DNA of 64,000 nucleotides from Thermodesulfobacteriota bacterium. GTDB lineage: Bacteria; Desulfobacterota; Desulfobaccia; Desulfobaccales; 0-14-0-80-60-11. Numbering within the stretch: position 1 is the stretch's first letter; each line of letters begins with the position of its first letter. The stretch lies in assembly GCA_049322315.1 (NCBI GenBank), contig JBMORF010000056.1, forward strand, positions 11,972 to 75,971, written 5' to 3'. The position numbers were made by a program, and so were the translations under genes. Below are positions 9,694-18,908 of the stretch, in pieces. The notes under the pieces were generated by a model. It was not told the DNA's origin. It saw only the letters and a list, made by a program, of their open reading frames with translations, and did not search any database.

Positions 9694-11157
9694 ATGAAGC
9701 AAACCACCTTTCGCATCCGCCGGCGCATCATCATGGCCTTTCTCTTCTGCGTCCTGGGAGTGCTTATCTTTGCGGGCTTAAGCTTCCAGGCCCACCATGA
9801 AATGGGGCGGCGGCTCCGCTTGGTGGAGCAGGCCGACGACCTGGTCAACAACATCCTGGAAATCAGGCGGTTCGAAAAGAACTTTTTTCTCTACAAGAAA
9901 CCGGACAGCCTGAAAGAGGCTCGGGCCTATTTACAAAGGGTGGATGAGATCTGTTGCCGACCGGATGCGGGCATCCTGGAATTTAAAATGGGCCCCCAAC
10001 AAGCCCAATTCCAGAAAACCCTGCAACAATACCGGCAAACCTTCATCCAAATTGAAACCCTGCTCCAGGAAAACCCCGGCGGCCTTGCCTCTCCCGCCTT
10101 TGCCCGTTTAGAGGAATCTTTGCGCAACCTGGGCCAGGAACTGATGAGCATGGCCGAACGCTGGGCCAAGACGGAGCGGGTAGCCATCGACCATCTCTTC
10201 TATCGGGCCATGTATCTCTTTGTGACCTCCATGGTGGTCTTTGTCATCCTGGGGTTCCTGGTGGCTGTCTATATCGCCCGGCTGCTGGTGCGGCCCCTGT
10301 TCCAGATGCAGACCTACATGGAAAAGATCGCCCACGGCGATTTCACCCCCATTCCGGAATCCGAGTGCAAGTCCCAGGAGTTTTGCAGCTTGTTTCGGGC
10401 CTTCAACCGCATGGGCCAGGAACTGGAGCACCATCAGGAGCAACTGGTGCAATCCGGCAAGATCGCGGCCATCGGCACCCTGACCTCCGGGGTGGCCCAC
10501 GAATTGAACAACCCCATAAATAACATCATGCTCACCGCCGAGGCTCTGAAAGAGGATTTTTCCCAACTGGGGAAGGAAGAAGCCCTGGAAATGATCCAGG
10601 ACATCCTGGTGCAATCCGGCCGGGCCTCGGAGATCGTCAAAAACCTCCTGGACTTCTCCCGTTCGGAACAACCGGAATTTGAAGAAGTCTCCATCAACGA
10701 GGTCATTAAAGACACCTTGAAGCTGGTGCAAAACCAGTTGGCATTGTCCGGCATCGAGGTCAAACGAAACCTGGCGGCCCGTCTGCCCCATATTTTAGGG
10801 AACCTCAAGACCCTGCAACAGGTTTTTTTAAACCTCTTCATCAACGCCATCCAGGCCATGAAAGACGGGGGGAACCTGTCCATCCAGGGCTCTTTAAGCG
10901 AAGACCGGCACTGGCTCAAGGTGGAAGTGACGGACACCGGCGAGGGGATCGGGCCAGAGGATTTGCCCCATATTTTCGAGCCTTTTTACACTACCAAGGA
11001 AGTGGGCCGGGGCACCGGCCTGGGCCTGTCCGTCAGTTTCAGCATCGTCCAGAAACACGGCGGCCATCTGGAAGTGAAGAGCCGCTTGGGCCAGGGCTCC
11101 ACCTTTACGGTCTCCCTGCCCGTGTTGGCCGCGGAAGAAATCATTCCCGCCGGATAA
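9694..11157 (+). CDS. sensor histidine kinase (2 TM, HAMP, HisKA, HATPase), NtrB-like partner of downstream NtrC-type regulator
   Basis: H-box SGVAHELNNPI, N box LFINAIQA, G boxes DTGEGI / GTGLGLSVS. Confidence 0.9.
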   Translation: MKQTTFRIRRRIIMAFLFCVLGVLIFAGLSFQAHHEMGRRLRLVEQADDLVNNILEIRRFEKNFFLYKKPDSLKEARAYLQRVDEICCRPDAGILEFKMGPQQAQFQKTLQQYRQTFIQIETLLQENPGGLASPAFARLEESLRNLGQELMSMAERWAKTERVAIDHLFYRAMYLFVTSMVVFVILGFLVAVYIARLLVRPLFQMQTYMEKIAHGDFTPIPESECKSQEFCSLFRAFNRMGQELEHHQEQLVQSGKIAAIGTLTSGVAHELNNPINNIMLTAEALKEDFSQLGKEEALEMIQDILVQSGRASEIVKNLLDFSRSEQPEFEEVSINEVIKDTLKLVQNQLALSGIEVKRNLAARLPHILGNLKTLQQVFLNLFINAIQAMKDGGNLSIQGSLSEDRHWLKVEVTDTGEGIGPEDLPHIFEPFYTTKEVGRGTGLGLSVSFSIVQKHGGHLEVKSRLGQGSTFTVSLPVLAAEEIIPAG

Positions 11158-11167
11158 AGAGGGGCAT

Positions 11168-12520
11168 ATGCGTCTCGCCGTGGTGGATGACGAAACCATC
11201 GTCCAGAAGAGATTGCAGCAGGCCCTGGCCAAAGAGGGCCACCAGGTCTCCACCTATGGCGCGGCCGAGTTGTTCCTGAAGGACTTAGGGGCCATCTCCT
11301 TCGACCTGGTCTTTTTGGACGTGATCCTCCCGGGGATCAACGGCATGGAGACCTTAAAGCGCATCAAGGCCCAAGCCCCCGACACCGAGGTCATTCTCAT
11401 GACCGGCCGGGCCTCCCTGGATGCGGCCATCGAAGCCGTGAAGCTGGGGGCCTTCCACTACCTGGCCAAACCCCTGAAACTGGAGGAGGTGCGGCACCTG
11501 ACGGCCAGGGCCCTGGAACACCGGCGGCTGCTGGCAGAAAACCGCAGCCTCAAGGCCCGGCTGGCCCCCCTGGAAGGCTGGGGGGAGGTGATCGGCGTCA
11601 GCCCCGCCATGAAAGAGGTCTTCGCCGTCATCCGCAAAGTGGCCCCTTTAAGCTGCCAGGTGCTGATCCAGGGGGAATCCGGCACCGGCAAGGAACTGGT
11701 GGCCCGCCTCATCCACCAAGAGAGCCCCCGGCGAGAGAACCCCTTCGTGGCCTTCAATTGCGCCGGGTTCACCGACGAGCTCATCGCCAGCGAACTCTTC
11801 GGCTACGAACGGGGCGCCTTCACCGGGGCCACCGCCACCAAGATCGGCATCCTGGAAACGGCCCACACGGGCACGGTCTTCATGGATGAAATCGGCGACA
11901 TGTCCCCCGGCATGCAGGCCAAGCTGCTTAGGGTCCTCCAGGAACAGCAAATCCTGCGGGTGGGGGGCAACAAGCCCATCCAACTGGACCTGCGCTTTAT
12001 CGCCGCCTCCAACAAGGACCTGAAAAGGGAAGTTAAGGAAGGCCGGTTCCGGGAAGACCTGTTTTTCCGCCTCAACGTGGTGCTGATCACCCTCCCGTCT
12101 CTTCGGGACCGCCAGGAGGACATCCCCCCCCTGGTGCGCCATTTCCTGGCCAAATACTGCCGGAAATTCAGCAAGCAGGCGCACAGTCTGGATGCCGAGA
12201 CCCGGGAGGCGCTGCTCAACTACGCCTATCCGGGGAACGTCCGGGAACTGGAGAACATCATTGAGCGGGCCGTGGCCCTGGCGGAAGGCGACACCCTGAC
12301 CCTGGCCGACCTGCCCCCGGACCTTCGGGAATTCTCCGTCACCCCCTACAAGGAATGGCACACCTTAGAAGAGCGGGAACAAGAGTACATCGCCCAGATC
12401 CTCGCTTACACCGGCTATAACATCGGCCAGACCGCCCGGATTCTCTCCCTGCCCCGCACCACCCTCTGGCGCAAGATGCGCAAATACGGCCTGGGCCGGG
12501 GCGAGGGGGAGGAGAAATGA
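11168..12520 (+). CDS. sigma-54-dependent response regulator (REC - AAA+ - Fis-type HTH), NtrC family
   Basis: Receiver (VVDDE, FLDVILP), Walker A GESGTGKE, GAFTGA loop (ERGAFTGA), C-terminal HTH NIGQTARILSLPRTTLWRKM. Confidence 0.95.
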   Translation: MRLAVVDDETIVQKRLQQALAKEGHQVSTYGAAELFLKDLGAISFDLVFLDVILPGINGMETLKRIKAQAPDTEVILMTGRASLDAAIEAVKLGAFHYLAKPLKLEEVRHLTARALEHRRLLAENRSLKARLAPLEGWGEVIGVSPAMKEVFAVIRKVAPLSCQVLIQGESGTGKELVARLIHQESPRRENPFVAFNCAGFTDELIASELFGYERGAFTGATATKIGILETAHTGTVFMDEIGDMSPGMQAKLLRVLQEQQILRVGGNKPIQLDLRFIAASNKDLKREVKEGRFREDLFFRLNVVLITLPSLRDRQEDIPPLVRHFLAKYCRKFSKQAHSLDAETREALLNYAYPGNVRELENIIERAVALAEGDTLTLADLPPDLREFSVTPYKEWHTLEEREQEYIAQILAYTGYNIGQTARILSLPRTTLWRKMRKYGLGRGEGEEK

Positions 12521-12600
12521 TTTGCGGGAAGGGGCCAGGGACCGCAGGCCCCTGCTCCCTCCCCCAACCCCTTAAGTTGTTTTCGGTTTTCCCCCCCACC

Positions 12601-12735
12601 TGTTTCGGTTTCATTGTGAAACAAGCCTTTTTGTTGCCTAAGATTACATAGTTAACCAAAACCAGCCCGCCGCGACCCTATCCTGTTCTCCCCAAAACCT
12701 TTTCAATTTGAAACAAAACCAATCCTAGGTTTTGT
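12601..12735. promoter_or_regulatory. cluster of dyad symmetries, candidate enhancer (UAS) for the NtrC-type activator
   Basis: TGTTTC-N11-GAAACA (12601-12623), TTTCAAtTTGAAA (12701-12713), ACAAAACC-N7-GGTTTTGT (12713-12735), 45-180 bp upstream of the sigma-54-like promoter. Confidence 0.35.
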
Positions 12736-12778
12736 CCCTCACACGCATATCCCCCTGTTTTTTCAGAAAAATTAAGCC

Positions 12779-12794
12779 TGGTCCGGCGCCTGCA
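12779..12794 (+). promoter_or_regulatory. candidate sigma-54 (-24/-12) promoter
   Basis: TGGTCC-GGCGC-CTGCA versus consensus TGGCAC-N5-TTGCA; GG and GC correctly spaced; ~25 nt upstream of ATG 12821. Confidence 0.4.
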
Positions 12795-12820
12795 TTATTA
12801 AAGGCAGCGCAGAGGTGACC

Positions 12821-13301
12821 ATGAACAAGCGGGTAGTCGTGGCGGTGGATCTGCAGGAGCCCAGTTCCGGGGCGGTAACCTATGCCCTGAGTCTGGCTGA
12901 ACGTCTGCAAACCCCCCTGACCCTGCTGGCCGTGACGCCCCCCCCCCCGGAACCGGGCGCATCCGGGGGCGGACTCCGCCGGAGCCGGGCTGCCCCCGGG
13001 CCAAAAGCAATGGCTGGATATGGCGGTCAAACAAGGCCGGGATGCCGGCGTCTCTCTCGAACTCTTCCTGGCCACCGGGCCTTTTTCCCAGGCGATCTTA
13101 GAATTTGTGGGTTCCCGGGGAGATATCCAGTTTTTAGTAATGGCTGCGGGGGAGACCGGAAAAAAGTCCGCGTCCCTGCCCGCGCCCAGCCTGAGCCGGT
13201 TGCACCAAGTTTTTCCCGGGGAAATCCTGTTGGTTAAGGAACAGGACCGGGTCACCAATCTGTCGGAGATGCCACTTAAGAATAAAGGGAGGGAATCTTA
13301 G
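12821..13301 (+). pseudogene. universal stress protein (USP)-like gene interrupted by a frameshift, probably in a C11 homopolymer
   Basis: N-terminal half in frame of 12815 ORF (KRVVVAVDLQEPSSGAVTYALSLAERL..LLAV). C-terminal half in the +1 frame (..WLDMAVKQGRDAGVSLELFLATGPFSQAILEFVGSRGDIQFLVMAA). C run at 12938-12948. Confidence 0.6.
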
Positions 13302-13303
13302 GG

Positions 13304-14239
13304 ATGTGGAACCTCTATCTACCTATTGCCGGCACTAGCATCAATATCCTGCTGCTGTTCGGCCTGGGAGGAGCCGTGGGCTTCCTCTCCGGCCTCTTCG
13401 GAGTCGGCGGCGGCTTTCTCATGACCCCGCTCCTCTTGATGGTGGGCATCCCCTCCACGGTGGCCGCGGCCAGCGATTCCAACCAGATCGTGGCCGCGTC
13501 CACTTCCGGTTCTTATGCCCACTGGCGCATGGGCAACGTGGACTTCAAGATGGGGGTTTTGCTCCTGGTGGGCGGGGTAATCGGGGGCACGGTGGGGGTA
13601 CAAATCATCAAAGTGCTCCGGGCCATGGGCAACGCCGACTTCGTCATCAAGATCACTTACGTGCTCATGCTGGGGATCGTCGGCTTTTACATGTTCATGG
13701 AAAGCTTGCAGGCCCTGAGAAAGAAAGGGGTCGTCGAGGCCAAGAAGGTGGAGGCGGAGCCGGGTAAGCCTTCCATCTATGTCAGGATGATCCAGGCCAT
13801 GCCCTGGCAGATGCATTTCGAAAAATCCGGGGTCACCCTGTCGGTGCTCCTGCCCCTGGTCCTGGGGGTCCTGGTGGGCATCCTGGCCGCCATCATGGGC
13901 GTGGGCGGGGGGTTCATCATGGTGCCGGTGATGGTCTATATGCTGCGCATGCCCATGCACGTGGTGGTGGGCACCAGCCTCTTCCAGATCCTCTTCACCT
14001 GCATCAACGTCACGGTCATGCAGTCCGTCACCAATCACAACGTGGACCTGGTGTTGGCCGTGATTCTGTTGGTGGGCTCCACCCTGGGGGCGCAGATCGG
14101 GGCCAAAATCAGCCGGCGGCTGCATGCCGACCAGCTCAAGATCCTGCTGGCCTCCATCGTGCTCCTGGTCATGGTGCAGATTCTGGTGAGCCTCATCCTC
14201 ACCCCGGCTCATCTTCTGGCGTATAAAGGAGGACACTGA
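13304..14239 (+). CDS. TauE/SafE (DUF81) family anion exporter-like membrane protein
   Basis: Polytopic membrane protein with duplicated GxGGG(F) motifs (GLFGVGGGFLMTP, IMGVGGGFIMVP). Confidence 0.8.
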   Translation: MWNLYLPIAGTSINILLLFGLGGAVGFLSGLFGVGGGFLMTPLLLMVGIPSTVAAASDSNQIVAASTSGSYAHWRMGNVDFKMGVLLLVGGVIGGTVGVQIIKVLRAMGNADFVIKITYVLMLGIVGFYMFMESLQALRKKGVVEAKKVEAEPGKPSIYVRMIQAMPWQMHFEKSGVTLSVLLPLVLGVLVGILAAIMGVGGGFIMVPVMVYMLRMPMHVVVGTSLFQILFTCINVTVMQSVTNHNVDLVLAVILLVGSTLGAQIGAKISRRLHADQLKILLASIVLLVMVQILVSLILTPAHLLAYKGGH

Positions 14240-14241
14240 TC

Positions 14242-15021
14242 ATGCTAAGCTCAAAAAGTGGTTGGCGGTGGTCAGGGGTCGCCTGGTTTTTCAGCCTGTT
14301 ACTGGGTTTGGCGGGGCCGGCCTCCGCCGCGGCCCCGGATTTGCGCCTGTCCCCGAACCAAGTGGATGTCGGCACCTTTTTCGACGGCGCCGAAGTGAAA
14401 ATCCAGGGGGTTATTCCGGCGGGGACCACGGCGGTGGTGGAAGTGGTGGGGAGCGAGGCCAGCGAACACCTCCTCCGCAAGGGCCGCCGGGGCGGCCTGT
14501 GGATGTCCGTCGGGGCCATCCAGGTGGATCATGCCCCCTCTCTGTATATGCTGCTCAGCAATGCCCCGAAGATCCCGGAGTTGACCGGGTCGGCCACCCC
14601 TTGGGGTTATGCCGCGCTGGCGAAACGGGTGAAGTTCAGCGGCAGTTTGCAGCCCAACGAAGAGGATAAGTTCTTTCAAGAATTTATGGGGCTGAAACAA
14701 GGGGAGAAACTGTACCGGATTCTGCCCGACGCCTTGAAGACAGCTACGCCCCAAAAGGGACAGGTCGCCTTCCAGGGGGTATTGCCCTTGCCGGCCAAGG
14801 TACCCCCGGGCCAATACCAGGTGCGTTTGGCGGTGGTGAGCCAGGGCCGCCTGCTGGCCCAACAGGACGCGGTCCTCTACGTGAAGCTGGTGGGTTTCCC
14901 GGCCATGCTCTCCACTCTGGCCCGGCAGCAGGGGCTCCTTTATGGCATCATGGCGGTGATCATCGCCATTGTCACCGGTTTTATCATGGGATTTTTATTT
15001 AAGGGAAAGACCGCACATTGA
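14242..15021 (+). CDS. secreted protein with C-terminal TM anchor, possibly TIGR02186-like (family often next to TauE genes; from memory)
   Basis: Signal peptide ..LLLGLAGPASAAAP, C-terminal TM LLYGIMAVIIAIVTGFIMGFLF; 2-nt gap after TauE gene. Confidence 0.5.
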   Translation: MLSSKSGWRWSGVAWFFSLLLGLAGPASAAAPDLRLSPNQVDVGTFFDGAEVKIQGVIPAGTTAVVEVVGSEASEHLLRKGRRGGLWMSVGAIQVDHAPSLYMLLSNAPKIPELTGSATPWGYAALAKRVKFSGSLQPNEEDKFFQEFMGLKQGEKLYRILPDALKTATPQKGQVAFQGVLPLPAKVPPGQYQVRLAVVSQGRLLAQQDAVLYVKLVGFPAMLSTLARQQGLLYGIMAVIIAIVTGFIMGFLFKGKTAH

Positions 15022-15105
15022 GATGGGCAGACTTATATTCTCTGGTAAGGCGATCCGTTATATGATGCTGGGGAGAAGCCTTACTACTGTTTAAGGATAT
15101 AACCC

Positions 15106-17652
15106 GTGTTGGCGGCCCTCCAGAAACTCTGGAAAAAAGTCTTTAAACCCCAAGAGGAGCTAATTACCTTTCCGGAGCTCTTCGAGCACTTCCAGGGATT
15201 GCTGCAGGATCACCAGAAGGTGATGGAAATCATCGCCGACTTGGGGGAAAAATCCGGAGGCGATTACGTCTTTGACCGCAAATACCTGCAAGACAGCGTC
15301 AATGAACTGCACGCCTTGCTGCTGCATCTGATCAAGGGGCTTAATTTGATTTCTTCCAACCGCTACCCGGAGCTCTACACCACCCTGGACCGGATTTTTC
15401 TGCCCATCGAGGCGGAGCTGCGGGGGCGGCTCAGCCTGGCCGCCGAGATGCCCTATGTGGTGGACCTTAAGGACCTGCCCGTGGACCATTCGGAGTTAAC
15501 CGGGGGCAAGGCTGCCAACCTGGGAGAGATCAGCCAGCGCCTGCACCTGCCGGTGCCGGCGGGTTTTGTCATCACCACCCGGGCCTTCCGCTACTTTCTG
15601 GATCAAAACCAGTTGGAAGACCGCATTCATGCCTTGATCAGCGCCTGGCTGGCCGGTGAGGCGGACACCCTCCAGACCTCCCGGCAACTCCAATATGGCT
15701 TTTTGGCCGGAGTAGTGCCCCAGGAAGTGGGCCGGGAAATCCGGCGCCGGGCCGAAAGCGCGCCTTTCTGGGCGGTGCGGAGCACCGCCCATGGTGAAGA
15801 CGGGGAGGTGTCTTTCGCCGGGCTCCACGAGAGTCTTTTGCAAGTTCCTGCCCGGGGGATATTCGAAGCCTATAAAAAAATCCTGGCCAGCCTCTTTTCC
15901 CCCGAGGCCTTGAGTTACCGGCAGCGGATGGACATGCTGGGGGAGGAAGCCGCCATGGCGGTCCTCTGCCAGGAGATCATTGCCAGCCAGGCCGGCGGCG
16001 TGGTGCACACCCTCAACCTGGAGGCCCCGGAAACGGAATGCCTCACGGTCTATGCCTATCCGGGGCTGGGCCGCCCGGTCATGGACGGCCGGGCCCGGCC
16101 GGACCGTTTTATCGTGGAGAGGCAGGCCCCCCACCAGATTAAATCCCGGGAAGTCTTCCCCAAGGAATATTGCGTGCGCCTGGCCCCGGGTGGGGGGGAA
16201 GAAGAGGTGACTCCTCCCCCGGAGGAGAAGGACCTGCCGGCCATCGGCGACGACACCGCGCAGACCCTGGCGCGGCTGGCCATTTCTTTAGAAAGATATT
16301 TTAAGCGGCCCCAGGAAATCGAATGGGCCCTGGATCAAACGGGCCAGGTTTGGATCCTCCAGTCCCGGGCCCTGGCTTTCTCGCAAATCCCTGACTTCCC
16401 CCCGGTGGAAGTCGCCAATTTGAGCGAGCGTTATGCCCTCCTCCTCCAGGATCAAGGGGCAGTGGCCCATGCCGGGGTGGGAGCCGGGCCCGTCTGGGTG
16501 GTGGACTCCGACGCGGATTTGGAACAATTTCCGGATGGCGCGGTCCTGGTGACCCGCTATACTGCGCCCTGGCTGGCCCGGGTGGTGCCCAAGGCCGCGG
16601 CCATCATCGCCGAGAGAGGCTCCCCCGCGGGGCATCTGGCCACCATCGCCCGGGAATTCCGGGTGCCCACCCTGGTGGGGGTGGAACAGGCCACCGACGT
16701 CTTGGCCCCGGGGATGGAAGTCACCGTGGATACCAATAACCGCCAGGTCTACGCCGGCCGGGTCCAGGAACTGCTGCATTACGAACTGCTGCAGGCCACG
16801 AGTTTCGAAGATGCCTCTGAATTCCGCCAACTGCGGCGGCTGCTAAAAAGGGTGGCGCCCTTGCACCTCATCGACCCCCAGGACCCGGAATTTACTCCGG
16901 CAGGCTGCCGCTCGGTGCATGACGTCATCCGCTTTGTTCATGAAAAGGCCGTCCAGGAATTGATGGACCTGCCCCGGTTCTTGAAACGCTTTAAGGGGGC
17001 CCAGCTCTGGACCCTGGTCTCCGAGGTGCCCATCGGCTTAAAGATCTGGGACTTAGGGGGGGGCATTGACCCTAAAGCCCAGGGCGGCGAAGTCACCGCG
17101 GCCCAAATCACCTCTCTCCCTTTAAAAACTCTGTGGGAAGGGGTCTGCGCCCCCGGGGTCTGGAGCACGGAACCCATTCAGGTGGACTTCCAGGGTTTGA
17201 TGGCCAGCCTCACCCGGACCACGGAAGCGGCCACCGCGGCCGGTTTCAATCTGGCGGTCATCACCGGGACCTACCTGAATCTCCACCTGCGCCTGGGTTA
17301 CCACTTCAACCTGGTGGACGTGCGCATGGACCCCGACCCCCACCACAACCATATATATTTCCGCTTTGTGGGCGGGGTGACGGACCTCACCCGGCGTTCC
17401 CGGCGGGCCCGGCTCCTGGCCGATATCCTGGCCAAGTACCACTTTAAAGTGGACATCAAAGGGGACCTGGTCATCGCCAAGATCCTGCATCTCCCCCAGG
17501 AAGAGATCCGCCGGCGCCTTCTGGTCCTCGGCCATCTCATCGGCTTTACCCGGCAATTGGATATGCAGCTTAAAAGTGACGAGGACGTGCCGGCTTATCT
17601 GGCAAAATTTCTTGAGCGCCTCCAGCCCTTAGTGGATGTGGAAGGATCTTAA
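15106..17652 (+). CDS. PEP synthase/PPDK-like protein (ATP-grasp + phosphohistidine swivel domain) with unassigned C-terminal domain, paralog B
   Basis: GGKAANLGE.., swivel motif AERGSPAGHLATIAREFRVPTLVG; C-terminal domain collinear with that of 5048-7576. Confidence 0.75.
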   Translation: MLAALQKLWKKVFKPQEELITFPELFEHFQGLLQDHQKVMEIIADLGEKSGGDYVFDRKYLQDSVNELHALLLHLIKGLNLISSNRYPELYTTLDRIFLPIEAELRGRLSLAAEMPYVVDLKDLPVDHSELTGGKAANLGEISQRLHLPVPAGFVITTRAFRYFLDQNQLEDRIHALISAWLAGEADTLQTSRQLQYGFLAGVVPQEVGREIRRRAESAPFWAVRSTAHGEDGEVSFAGLHESLLQVPARGIFEAYKKILASLFSPEALSYRQRMDMLGEEAAMAVLCQEIIASQAGGVVHTLNLEAPETECLTVYAYPGLGRPVMDGRARPDRFIVERQAPHQIKSREVFPKEYCVRLAPGGGEEEVTPPPEEKDLPAIGDDTAQTLARLAISLERYFKRPQEIEWALDQTGQVWILQSRALAFSQIPDFPPVEVANLSERYALLLQDQGAVAHAGVGAGPVWVVDSDADLEQFPDGAVLVTRYTAPWLARVVPKAAAIIAERGSPAGHLATIAREFRVPTLVGVEQATDVLAPGMEVTVDTNNRQVYAGRVQELLHYELLQATSFEDASEFRQLRRLLKRVAPLHLIDPQDPEFTPAGCRSVHDVIRFVHEKAVQELMDLPRFLKRFKGAQLWTLVSEVPIGLKIWDLGGGIDPKAQGGEVTAAQITSLPLKTLWEGVCAPGVWSTEPIQVDFQGLMASLTRTTEAATAAGFNLAVITGTYLNLHLRLGYHFNLVDVRMDPDPHHNHIYFRFVGGVTDLTRRSRRARLLADILAKYHFKVDIKGDLVIAKILHLPQEEIRRRLLVLGHLIGFTRQLDMQLKSDEDVPAYLAKFLERLQPLVDVEGS

Positions 17653-17662
17653 GGAGGAAAAA

Positions 17663-18052
17663 ATGGCCCAGAACAAATTGAGAGTATTAATCCTGGACGA
17701 CGAGCCCATTGTCTGCAAGCGCCTGAAGCCCTCCCTGGAAAAATTGGGCTTCGAAGTGGACACTTTCACCCGGAGTTTCGAGGCCATGCAGGCGGTGGAA
17801 AAGGCCGCCTACGACATCATCGTCACCGACCTGAAGATGGAGGGCATGGACGGCATGCGCTTCCTCCAGGAGGCCAAAAGGCTCTACCCGGAGACGGAAG
17901 TGATTGTCATCACCGGCTTTGCCACCATGGAAACCGCCAAGGAATCCTTCAAGAAGGGGGTCTTCGATTTCATCGCCAAGCCCTTCAACCTGAATGAGAT
18001 TCAGAAAGTGGTGCAGCGGGCCGCGGACAAGATCAAAAGCACCCGCCAATAA
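17663..18052 (+). CDS. stand-alone response regulator receiver domain
   Basis: ATG 17663 preceded by AAGGAGG; ILDDE, VTDLKM, VITG, AKPF receiver signature. Confidence 0.9.
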   Translation: MAQNKLRVLILDDEPIVCKRLKPSLEKLGFEVDTFTRSFEAMQAVEKAAYDIIVTDLKMEGMDGMRFLQEAKRLYPETEVIVITGFATMETAKESFKKGVFDFIAKPFNLNEIQKVVQRAADKIKSTRQ

Positions 18053-18092
18053 TCTTAAGAAGGGTGATTCGCAATCAAAGGAGGATTTACTG

Positions 18093-18881
18093 GTGATCAA
18101 GGCATTGGTCTCCATCGATGTGGACCTGGCTGCCAGCCGGACCATCCGGTTCGCCTGCCAATTAGGTTTTTTTACGCCGGTGGAACTGCATCCGGTGTAC
18201 ATCAAAGAAGCTCCCTCCCGGGAGCTCTCCATCGGCTCGGGTTGGGCCCGGCATCACTGGGAGAAGGAACTCATCAAAGAGGGCACTGCCGAGATTTCCG
18301 AGTGGATGGCCTCGGAGATCGACTACAGCCCGGAGGTCAAGGTGGTGGCGCCCCGAGTGGTTTGCGGCGACCGGGATGCGGAATTGCTGCGTTTCCTGGA
18401 GGCGGAACCCTTTGATCTTTACGTGGAGGGGGCCCGTTTTCCCTGGAACCAGGCCTCGCTTTACCAGCAGATCCATTCCCGGCTCTTCCAAAAGGCCCCG
18501 GCCATCGCCCTGGCGCCGGTGCTCCGGAAGATGCACAGTTTACTGGCCCTCTGCCTGGATGCGCCCGGAACCCGGGCCCTGGGGGAGGCCCTGCCCCAAG
18601 TCTGGTCAGGTAGCTCCCTGCCCGTGACCCTGGCCCTCAAGGAAGGGCAGGAAGCGGCTTTGCAGCCGGAAGCAAAGCGGGTGCGCCACGCCCTGGAGGA
18701 GGCAGCCTGCCGGCTGGAGCCGGAAGAGATTTGCCCCTTCTTCCCGGCGCCGCCCACCGATGAGTACCTGAGAAAATACGGCCTGGTGGCTTTGGCCCTT
18801 AATCGGGGGATCAGCAAAGACAGTCCCTATCTGGAGTGGTTATCCCGGTTCAAGGCGCCGCTGCTCCTGGCGCTTTACTAA
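18093..18881 (+). CDS. hypothetical protein, possibly divergent USP-like (adenine nucleotide alpha-hydrolase fold)
   Basis: GTG 18093 after AAGGAGGA; begins IKALVSIDVDLAASRTIRFA like USP N-termini; otherwise no recognisable motif. Confidence 0.45.
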   Translation: MIKALVSIDVDLAASRTIRFACQLGFFTPVELHPVYIKEAPSRELSIGSGWARHHWEKELIKEGTAEISEWMASEIDYSPEVKVVAPRVVCGDRDAELLRFLEAEPFDLYVEGARFPWNQASLYQQIHSRLFQKAPAIALAPVLRKMHSLLALCLDAPGTRALGEALPQVWSGSSLPVTLALKEGQEAALQPEAKRVRHALEEAACRLEPEEICPFFPAPPTDEYLRKYGLVALALNRGISKDSPYLEWLSRFKAPLLLALY

Positions 18882-18908
18882 ACGCCCAATTTGCGAAGGG
18901 GGTAAATC

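Noticed and set aside
10108-10791. 227-aa minus ORF and similar overlapping ORFs (11648-12361, 38503-39177, 45227-45901, 53738-54325, 56564-57433)
   Set aside because: All lie antisense to strongly supported HK, NtrC, RNase E/G, gyrB and cyclase genes; treated as GC-driven shadow ORFs.
12725-13258. 177-aa minus ORF across the USP region
   Set aside because: Antisense to the two USP-like half-ORFs, which have recognisable family features.
13319-14236. 305-aa His/Asp/Gln-rich ORF on the minus strand
   Set aside because: Exactly antisense to the well-supported TauE-family gene. Its composition is typical of a shadow ORF in GC-rich DNA, with no motifs and no RBS.
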